Part shown: piece by piece, positions 57,084-64,000 of the stretch
How positions within the stretch are numbered: position 1 is the stretch's first letter
How the letters are laid out: every line of letters begins with the position of its first letter
NCBI GenBank assembly: GCA_963702205.1
Contig: OY969724.1
Location: 3,296,001-3,360,000 of the forward strand
Length of the DNA: 64,000 nucleotides
Direction: 5' to 3'
Source of the DNA: an uncultured candidate division Zixibacteria bacterium
GTDB taxonomy: Bacteria > Zixibacteria > MSB-5A5 > GN15 > PGXB01
The notes under the pieces: generated by a model
What the model was told of the DNA's origin: nothing
What the model saw: the letters and a program-made list of their open reading frames with translations, nothing else
Databases searched by the model: none
Translations under genes and position numbers: made by a program

Positions 57084-58208
57084 TCAAGCAGATTGCGCCA
57101 TTGCCCGCCGGGCTTTCAGGACAAAAGCCGCCATGGCCGGTCGTATATGAACGTTGAGTCGCAATGCGCCTTGAAGCTGGCCGATCTGGTCGACCACTTC
57201 CGCCAGGCTGTCCGGCCCGCCGATTTTGCCCGCCAGCTGTTCCAGTTCGGTTTTAAAATCGGCGTTAATTATCCTGTCCGAACCTTTGCCATATCTTACG
57301 CAAATCAGGTCGCTAAAATAGGACTGCCAATAGGATAAAACCCTTTCGGCCGAGCCGCGATCGTTGGGATTCAAAAATTCGACCGCCGTGTTCACCGCCG
57401 ACGGTGTATTCCCGGTCAGGATTTCCTTGAGCATCAAAAGCGATACCTGCCGCAGCGAGCTGTCGCTTTCGTCCGAAACCAGATCCAGGGCCTGGCCCAG
57501 CGAACCCAGAGACAGGCGCGCCGCAAAACCGGCCCGACCTTCCGGGATTTCATATTTGGTAGACAGATAGCTCGCGATGTCGTCGGTGGCGACCGGTTTG
57601 AACCTGATCTTCTGCGACCGGGACTGTATAGTCGGCAGCAGGTTATTGGGATCGATCGCCGTGAGTATAATTACCGTCTCCGGCGGCGGTTCTTCGATAA
57701 GTTTCAGAAGCGAATCGGCCGACGACGCCAGCATTTTCTCCATTTGATAAAAAACAACGACCCGGGTCATGTTTTCGGTCGGCTTGACCGATGTTTGTCG
57801 TTTGATTTCGCGGGCACATTCGATCGGTATAGTTAATTGGCGAGTCGACGTTACGATCTTATACGGCTCTTCCTTTTTTATATCGAGATACTCCCTGATG
57901 CGATCTGGAATTTCCTTGTCGCTCTTGCGCGGCGGCAGGGGAACCGCAAAATACATCTCCTGAAAAATCAAATTGGCAATTGCCCGGCAGTTGCGGCATT
58001 TCCCGCAGGCGTCGATAACCCGACCATCGTCGTCTTTGACGCGGTCCTCACAATTTAGAAGCGCCGCGACGGCCATAGCCATCGACCACTTCCCGACCCC
58101 ATCGGGGCCGTAGAACAAATAGGTCGAAGCGATCCGGCTGCGGTTGTACGAGTTCAGAAGTATTTTTTTGGCCAGGTCCTGACCGGGGATGTCATTTAAA
58201 CGATTCAA
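57084..58208 (-). CDS. holB: DNA polymerase III delta' subunit
   Basis: YLFYGP.GVGK, CGKCRNC, LLK.IEEPP, LLPTI.SR. Confidence 0.88.
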   Translation of the reverse strand: MNRLNDIPGQDLAKKILLNSYNRSRIASTYLFYGPDGVGKWSMAMAVAALLNCEDRVKDDDGRVIDACGKCRNCRAIANLIFQEMYFAVPLPPRKSDKEIPDRIREYLDIKKEEPYKIVTSTRQLTIPIECAREIKRQTSVKPTENMTRVVVFYQMEKMLASSADSLLKLIEEPPPETVIILTAIDPNNLLPTIQSRSQKIRFKPVATDDIASYLSTKYEIPEGRAGFAARLSLGSLGQALDLVSDESDSSLRQVSLLMLKEILTGNTPSAVNTAVEFLNPNDRGSAERVLSYWQSYFSDLICVRYGKGSDRIINADFKTELEQLAGKIGGPDSLAEVVDQIGQLQGALRLNVHIRPAMAAFVLKARRAMAQSA

Positions 58209-59370
58209 TCTTTATCCATTCCACCGGGTCGACCGGTTCTCGTCCCCGTCGCAGTTCGTATTTTACCAGCCCCGTCGACGAGATACCGATTATTTCGGAT
58301 TTATCCACGATCTGATTTTTCTCTACATAAAGGTCGCTTATCCCGGCAATAGTCGAATAATAACCGTCCTCATGTTCGATTATCACAAAATTGCCGTATC
58401 CCCGAAGATTCCCGGCATAGGCGATCACACCGGGAGCAGTCGCCAGAACCCGACCGCCTGTGTTGCCCTGAATCTTTATGCCGGGTGAGTACGATTTAAG
58501 TTTTGTCAGCTGATCGGTCTTCCAGCCAAAATTGTCGGTAATTTTTCCTTTAAACGGAGGCGTCAGGGCGCCTTTGTATGATGCAAAATTGCCGGTTTCA
58601 TAATTGAACGTCGTCGCCTTCGGGCCGCGCTCTCTTTCTTCGCGCTCTTTTTCGAGCCGTACGATCAGTTCTTCCATCTGCTTCGCGGCTTCGGACAGCG
58701 TCACCAGACGGTCGGCTTCGGTTTCTTTTTTCTGGCGCACCCGGCTCAGGTCCTTTTCACGGCTCGCCTTCTGCGACGAGATAACCGTGTATTCCCGTTT
58801 CTTTTGTGACGCGGCCTTGTCCACCCTTGTTTTTTCATCAAGCAGATCCGAATAATCACTTTGCGCCTGTTGCAGTGATTGTTCGGTACTGAACAGGTTT
58901 TCGCGGTCATATACAGATAGTGCTTTAAGATATATTCTCTTTAAAAGAAAATCCTTCTCAAGAGTGAGGTCTTTTTTTAAACTAATATTAGGCTCCTGCG
59001 TCGCCGAATAATAATAGGTCAGGTTTTCGATATAATGGCTTTTGGTCGACTTGTACGAATTTTCGGAATTCTCCAGCGAACCTTTGGATTGATCTATGTC
59101 TTTTCGCAAACCGGACAATTGATTGTTGAGGCGATTCAGCACCGTCTTGTTCATGCTGGCCTTTTGTTCGTAGTCGGATATTTCCTTTAAGACGCCCTTT
59201 TCAACATTGCGTAATGAATCGAGGTTCTTCTGCGTCCCCTCGATCTCTTTCTTAATCTGCTCCAGCTCTTTTTTCTGGGTGACGACATCATGCGATTGCC
59301 CAAAAGCCGTGCCGCCGCATATAACACCGACGGCAACGAATAGAAATATTTTGATTAGCCTTGAAATCAT
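58192..59370 (-). CDS. envC: EnvC-family amidase activator (coiled coil plus degenerate M23)
   Basis: Signal peptide; long coiled coil; LytM-like GI.I/GYGN..IIEH lacking Zn ligands; follows ftsX. Confidence 0.82.
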   Translation of the reverse strand: MISRLIKIFLFVAVGVICGGTAFGQSHDVVTQKKELEQIKKEIEGTQKNLDSLRNVEKGVLKEISDYEQKASMNKTVLNRLNNQLSGLRKDIDQSKGSLENSENSYKSTKSHYIENLTYYYSATQEPNISLKKDLTLEKDFLLKRIYLKALSVYDRENLFSTEQSLQQAQSDYSDLLDEKTRVDKAASQKKREYTVISSQKASREKDLSRVRQKKETEADRLVTLSEAAKQMEELIVRLEKEREERERGPKATTFNYETGNFASYKGALTPPFKGKITDNFGWKTDQLTKLKSYSPGIKIQGNTGGRVLATAPGVIAYAGNLRGYGNFVIIEHEDGYYSTIAGISDLYVEKNQIVDKSEIIGISSTGLVKYELRRGREPVDPVEWIKIESFK

Positions 59371-59373
59371 AAC

Positions 59374-60225
59374 TTATACCGAACGTTTGATGCCGAGATA
59401 TCCGCCTGCGATACCCATCAGCAGAGCGATCATGCACGAGACGAATATATCGTTGGTTGGCGGGCGGGCAATCAAAATGTCCCCGATCTGTATGCTGCCC
59501 TGAAGGTACAACGCAATCGCCCAGCTTATACCGGCCGCAACCAGCGTATAGAAGAAACCTTCCAGCAAAAACGGCTGCGTTATGATCGATATCCCCGCCC
59601 CGAGATATTTCAACTGGCGGAGCTCATCCTGCCGCACGCGTACCGTCAGTCGCGCCGCATGCACGACGTTCAACCCCGACGTTATCAAAATGACCAGTCC
59701 CAGTAACATAGCCGTCCAGAACAACCACTTTAGAGTCTTCTCCGTCTCGGCCAGCCAGTTTCCCGGATAATGTATTTCCATAACTCCGTCGCGGGCGCTC
59801 AGGTTATCGGCGAAATTCTGCAAATTATCCGACGTAATCGCAGCTGTGTTAAAATCTATCATCAGCGAACGCGGCAGCGGGTTATCATCGAGTCCTTCGA
59901 GCAGGTCGCTGCCCATCAAATCCTGCAGTCTCAACCGCGCCGACTCTTTGGATATATAATCGATATTCTTGACATCGGGATTATCGAGAATCTCCCGCCG
60001 CAACACGGTGATGGTTGAATCGGGCAGGGATTCATCGAAAAATACTTCCATATCAACCGTATCCATCAGCCCATGAAAGTACCCGTCGGCGGTCAGCAGA
60101 GCCATCCACGTCAGCTCCAAAAGCAGGAACAACAGCAACAGGGATAATACCGCGCTGAGTGTGGCCAGCGGACGCCGAAATACATTCGCCGCGAAGATGC
60201 GTATTGGGTACCAGAACTTGCTCAT
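59374..60225 (-). CDS. ftsX: FtsX-family permease
   Basis: TM1, periplasmic YISKESA..NPLP.S, R..E....LGA...PF..EG. Confidence 0.85.
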   Translation of the reverse strand: MSKFWYPIRIFAANVFRRPLATLSAVLSLLLLFLLLELTWMALLTADGYFHGLMDTVDMEVFFDESLPDSTITVLRREILDNPDVKNIDYISKESARLRLQDLMGSDLLEGLDDNPLPRSLMIDFNTAAITSDNLQNFADNLSARDGVMEIHYPGNWLAETEKTLKWLFWTAMLLGLVILITSGLNVVHAARLTVRVRQDELRQLKYLGAGISIITQPFLLEGFFYTLVAAGISWAIALYLQGSIQIGDILIARPPTNDIFVSCMIALLMGIAGGYLGIKRSV

Positions 60226-60902
60226 ATTAGCGCCCCGTCGGACAAATGATATTCTTTCGCATCCGGAATAAACAGCCCGGTCTGGCCCGAGGTCATGATC
60301 AGCATGGAATGCCCGCCGATGGCAAAACTCTGCAGCGTCTTGTTGACATGCTGAGCGGTGGTTTTGTCCAGCCCGGCGAGTGGTTCATCGATCAAAAGCA
60401 GAGGCTGATCGGCAACGACGGCTCTCGCCAGCATGACCATATTCTTCTGGCCCTGGCTTAAATCCCCGGCCAGATCGCCTTTCCAGCCTGCCAATCCCAA
60501 TTGCCCCATAACGCGAAGAGCCTTCTTCCGCTGCGCCGTCGTCTTTTCACCGCGGATAATCAGCGGTAATATTATATTTTCCATCACTGTCCGGCTGTCG
60601 ATCAATTGAAAAATGCCGCCCACGCCGCCGATCATTCGCCGCAGCCGGAATATTTTTCCTCTGCCGGCTTTGCTCAAACCCTGTCCGAACAGGAATATTT
60701 CGCCCGCATCGGGGGCTTTATTGCCTATTATCAGCTCGGCCAGCGAGGTCTTGCCCGCCCCGGTTGATCCCACAATTATAGCCGTCCGCCCCTTTTCCAG
60801 CGAGAACGACAGCTTATCGAAAATGACGGCCCCGGATGGATTCTTATACCCGATCTCATCGAACTTTAATATGGTGCGGTCCTGATCCATGACGAATTTC
60901 AT
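60222..60902 (-). CDS. ftsE: FtsE-like ABC ATPase (divergent)
   Basis: GSTGAGKT, TV.ENI.LPL, LSQGQ, LLLIDEP; coupled to ftsX. Confidence 0.75.
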   Translation of the reverse strand: MKFVMDQDRTILKFDEIGYKNPSGAVIFDKLSFSLEKGRTAIIVGSTGAGKTSLAELIIGNKAPDAGEIFLFGQGLSKAGRGKIFRLRRMIGGVGGIFQLIDSRTVMENIILPLIIRGEKTTAQRKKALRVMGQLGLAGWKGDLAGDLSQGQKNMVMLARAVVADQPLLLIDEPLAGLDKTTAQHVNKTLQSFAIGGHSMLIMTSGQTGLFIPDAKEYHLSDGALI

Positions 60903-61006
60903 ACTTCCTTATACAATCGGGTCACAAAATACGTTAAATGCCATTGTTATTCAACTAATATTAAAATCCGAACCCCTGTATATGATATTCCGGGCGAAAA
61001 ATATCC

Positions 61007-61034
61007 TTGACTTTGACCTGCCCTTTAGTAAGAT
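61007..61034 (+). promoter_or_regulatory. Possible sigma70 promoter
   Basis: TTGACT-N16-TAAGAT. Confidence 0.5.
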
Positions 61035-61042
61035 TAAAATTC

Positions 61043-62182
61043 GTGAAACCCGACTTCGATTATAATTTCAAAAGCCTCCTGACCGCTCCGGCCAAGGCAT
61101 TGAAAGCCAAGAAAATATTCGTCTGCTCGGTGGCGCTGCTTCTGGCCCTCGCGGCCTACGACATATTCGCTTATGCCGCATTTCTGGTCGACGGCCAGTC
61201 ACTGACAACCACCCTCAACACTTATTGCGTTTTCCCCTTCGAGATCGCCGGGTTTTCATCGATCCTTTCGGTAATCCTGTACTACGTGGGCATATTCTGT
61301 GCGGTTATTATGATTATGCTCGGCATGCTGGCCTGCACTTCGTGCGATTTCGAGGAACTTCGCGGCAACCCGTTTTTCTCGGCCTATGATTCGATCAAAT
61401 TCGCCCTCTCGCGCTCGCCGCAGCTTTTGATCTCGATTATCGCCGTCGCCATGTTTATCGCGTTGATCATCCTCCTCGGCATACTGGTCGGGCTTGTCAC
61501 GCGGATTCCGGTCGCCGGTGAACTGCTGTACGCCATCTTCTTTCTGTTTCCGAATTTCATAATCGCGATATTCACGGTTCTCATAATATTCGTGTTTTTC
61601 GTCTCGTTTTTCATCATGCCGATTACCGTCGCGGCCGACCGCAACAAGGAATCGTTCAACTCGATACTGGAATCGTTTTTGACCATCACCCGTCATCCCT
61701 TCCGCTGGGGATTGTATACGGCCTTTTCACTCGTGGCGGCCAAAATTTGCGGGTTTATTTATGCTTTCTTTTCGTACAAGGCCGTGCAACTGATCGAAGC
61801 CAGCGCGGCGGTTGGTGGCGGAGATAAAATCCACAAGCTGATGACATCCGGGTTCGCCTCTCTTCCGCTCGAAAGCGACGCGGTCGGATTTATAACCAAC
61901 GTATTTCCGTCGGTGAATGTCGGCTTCGATATATCGACCCTCGGCGCCGGCGGCACTCCATCGGTCGCGGGGTACATCCTCGGGGCCATGTTATTTTTGA
62001 TATTCGTCTCGGTCCTCGGCTACATGCTGTCGGTGGTGGCGACTTCGCAGGCGTATTCGTTCGCGATCATTAAGTTCGTCCGCGACGGCCACAAAATCAC
62101 CGATGAGGATTCGCTGTTCTACGAAGAGGAATGGGCCAACCCGTTGATCGACGAAGAAAATAAAACCGAAGAAGAAGTTTAG
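61043..62182 (+). CDS. Hypothetical polytopic membrane protein
   Basis: Several long hydrophobic segments and an acidic C-tail; GTG 61043 preferred because the TTG at 61007 is the -35 box. Confidence 0.75.
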   Translation: MKPDFDYNFKSLLTAPAKALKAKKIFVCSVALLLALAAYDIFAYAAFLVDGQSLTTTLNTYCVFPFEIAGFSSILSVILYYVGIFCAVIMIMLGMLACTSCDFEELRGNPFFSAYDSIKFALSRSPQLLISIIAVAMFIALIILLGILVGLVTRIPVAGELLYAIFFLFPNFIIAIFTVLIIFVFFVSFFIMPITVAADRNKESFNSILESFLTITRHPFRWGLYTAFSLVAAKICGFIYAFFSYKAVQLIEASAAVGGGDKIHKLMTSGFASLPLESDAVGFITNVFPSVNVGFDISTLGAGGTPSVAGYILGAMLFLIFVSVLGYMLSVVATSQAYSFAIIKFVRDGHKITDEDSLFYEEEWANPLIDEENKTEEEV

Positions 62183-62199
62183 ATACAAGATACGGCTTT

Positions 62200-62301
62200 A
62201 TGACATTCTGGACATATTTCTGGCTTTTCGTACCGCCTTTTGTTCTCGTCGCGATAAGCCTTATTTTTTATTTCGTCACCGGTGAAAAGGGGACCAAATG
62301 A
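62200..62301 (+). CDS. 33-aa single-TM peptide, putative symporter accessory subunit (not in ORF track)
   Basis: MTFWTYFWLFVPPFVLVAISLIFYFVTGEKGTK; its TGA overlaps the putP ATG (ATGA). Confidence 0.65.
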   Translation: MTFWTYFWLFVPPFVLVAISLIFYFVTGEKGTK

Positions 62302-63731
62302 ACGCCATCCTCATCGGTTTCGTGACCTACCTGGTCGCCCTTTTGATTATCGGCTTCATGACTTTTCGCTTCAATAAAACTATTGCCGATTACGTTCTCG
62401 GCGGGCGTAAACTCGGGGTCTGGGTCGTGACTTTTTCAGAACGTGCCTCCGGCGAATCGGCCTGGTTGATTCTTGGCCTTCCCGGTGTCGTTTTCGCTTC
62501 GGGCCTGGCTGAAATATGGGTCGTGATCGGATGCACCTCGGGCATTCTTTTTTCATGGATGTTTGTCGCCCACAAACTCCGTGTTGAATCGGAAAGCAAT
62601 TTTGCGCTGACCATACCGGAGTTTTTCGAACACCGCTTCAACGATACGACGCGTACCATACGGACGCTGGCGACGTTGATCATCGTCTTCTTTTTCACCT
62701 TCTACGTCTGCGCGCAGTTTATCGGCGCGGGTAAAGTGTTAAACGTCACCTTCGGTATGTCGCAGACAAACGGCATGATCCTCGGCGCGTGCATAATTTT
62801 ATTCTATACCGTCATGGGCGGTTTCCGGGCCGTCGCCTGGACCGATTTTCTTCAATCGCTGCTGATGCTCATCACTTTGGTGGTCCTGCCCATCACCGCC
62901 CTGATCGAACTGGGTGGCTGGGACAAGATTACCTCGGCCATCATCGCGCAGCATCCGGGACACCTGTCGGTCCTCGGCGGCGATCATGGCCTGATGGCAA
63001 CCTTCTCGATCATCACCGGGTTGGCCTGGGGCCTCGGCTATATGGGCCAGCCGCATCTTCTGGCTCGCTATATGGCGATCAATAAACCGGAGAAACTGCG
63101 CGAAGGTGCAGTCATCGGCATAAGCTGGGCGGTACTGGCTTTCTGGGGGGCGATGTTTATCGGACTGTTCGGCATCGTCATGTTTCAAAACGGCGCCATT
63201 GTCGATCAGGAAAAAGTCATGCCGCTGATGGCCACCGAGCTTCTGCCCGGATGGGTCGCGGGTATTTTGATATCCGGCGCCATCGCCGCCATGATGTCCA
63301 CCGCCGACAGCCAGCTTTTGGTCACGACGTCATCGGTCGCCGAAGATATTTATCGCAACTACATCGAACCAAATGCCACCGAGGAAAAACTGGTGACGGT
63401 TTCGCGGATCGTAACGATACTGGTCGGAATCGCCGCTTTTGTCATTGCCATCTATTGGCAGGAGCTGGTATTCAAAATGGTCGCTTTTGCCTGGTCGGGA
63501 CTCGGCGCGGCTTTCGGCCCGGCCCTGATTTTGACGTTATGGTGGCGCAAGACTACCCGCGAGGGCGTGCTGGCCGGGATGGTGGTCGGGACCATGACCG
63601 TCCTGATCTGGCGCTTCACGCCGTCCCTGCACGCCACCGTCTATGAACTGGCGCCGGCCTTTTTCCTCGCGCTCACCGCGGTCTGGCTGGTCAGCCTGGC
63701 AACCCAACCCAAAAAACAGGTAACAGCATGA
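62298..63731 (+). CDS. putP: Sodium/proline symporter (SSS family)
   Basis: DY.LGGR.LG, AS..SAW..LGLPG, GGF.AV.WTD..Q, GY.GQPH.L.RYMA, AA.MSTADSQLL, AW.GLGAAFGP. Confidence 0.88.
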   Translation: MNAILIGFVTYLVALLIIGFMTFRFNKTIADYVLGGRKLGVWVVTFSERASGESAWLILGLPGVVFASGLAEIWVVIGCTSGILFSWMFVAHKLRVESESNFALTIPEFFEHRFNDTTRTIRTLATLIIVFFFTFYVCAQFIGAGKVLNVTFGMSQTNGMILGACIILFYTVMGGFRAVAWTDFLQSLLMLITLVVLPITALIELGGWDKITSAIIAQHPGHLSVLGGDHGLMATFSIITGLAWGLGYMGQPHLLARYMAINKPEKLREGAVIGISWAVLAFWGAMFIGLFGIVMFQNGAIVDQEKVMPLMATELLPGWVAGILISGAIAAMMSTADSQLLVTTSSVAEDIYRNYIEPNATEEKLVTVSRIVTILVGIAAFVIAIYWQELVFKMVAFAWSGLGAAFGPALILTLWWRKTTREGVLAGMVVGTMTVLIWRFTPSLHATVYELAPAFFLALTAVWLVSLATQPKKQVTA

Positions 63732-64000
63732 ATACCGAACTTGTAATCATCGGCACCATACACATCGGCCGCGAAACGTCGCCGCAGTACGCCGACTTCC
63801 TGACCAGGGCATTCGACGGCATCAAACCCGAATTTATCCTGACCGAAATCGCCGGCTACGAACGCGAGGATAACCGTCTGGCCGACGTCAAACCGGAATA
63901 CCCGGAGATTATTTTCCCCTACGCCGAAAAACACAATATCGAAGTTATTGGTGTGCTTCCCGACGAGGAACAGCGCAACAAGATGGAACAGGCCAAGGCC
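63728..64000 (+). CDS. Partial ORF running off the window; TraB/Tiki/ChaN-like N-terminus
   Basis: MNTELVIIGTIHIGRE...IKPEFILTEI; ATG overlaps the putP stop; open to the window end. Confidence 0.55.
   Translation, partial: MNTELVIIGTIHIGRETSPQYADFLTRAFDGIKPEFILTEIAGYEREDNRLADVKPEYPEIIFPYAEKHNIEVIGVLPDEEQRNKMEQAKA

Noticed and set aside
58192..59370. Loss of M23 zinc ligands as a novelty
   Set aside because: This is normal for EnvC

Overview
Mostly core chromosome of a diderm bacterium, probably FCB superphylum. It looks Zixibacteria-like, an inference from a dockerin protein, two PNP...SG(I/V)Y FlgD-Ig/T9SS-type C-terminal domains and a PorX-like regulator. Left to right it holds: an AT-rich secreted-protein gene, mazG and valS; a minus-strand operon serS-HK-porX-tsaE-tsaB-rimI-accD-folC-GAF HK-REC/GAF/GAF HK-sigma54 activator, followed by a sigma54-driven degenerate GGDEF gene; rpmB; a dockerin protein; an orphan minimal flagellin with its own sigma54 promoter; the dcw cluster mraZ to ftsZ, lacking murB and ddl; a C25 gingipain-like protease converging on a purM-gpmI-lnt-porZ-like-GNAT/FemAB-GT4-GT4-GT2 operon; ftsEX-envC-holB-ricT-metG-tatD-rsmA-pdxJ-like-rluD; and a membrane protein, an unannotated 33-aa membrane peptide and putP. 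Two intergenic regions (1-250 and 50300-50800) are dense in nested palindromic repeats, including a 153-bp MITE whose apparent empty target site is also in the window. The best candidates for undescribed systems are (i) a compact C25/PorZ/FemAB/glycosyltransferase locus resembling T9SS cargo-to-glycan anchoring, (ii) a GAF-kinase/sigma54/c-di-GMP-receptor module with a visible operator motif, (iii) the orphan flagellin and (iv) a PdxJ pseudoenzyme. No rRNA, tRNA, CRISPR array or transposase gene was seen. All calls are by-eye motif recognition; no database searches were run.
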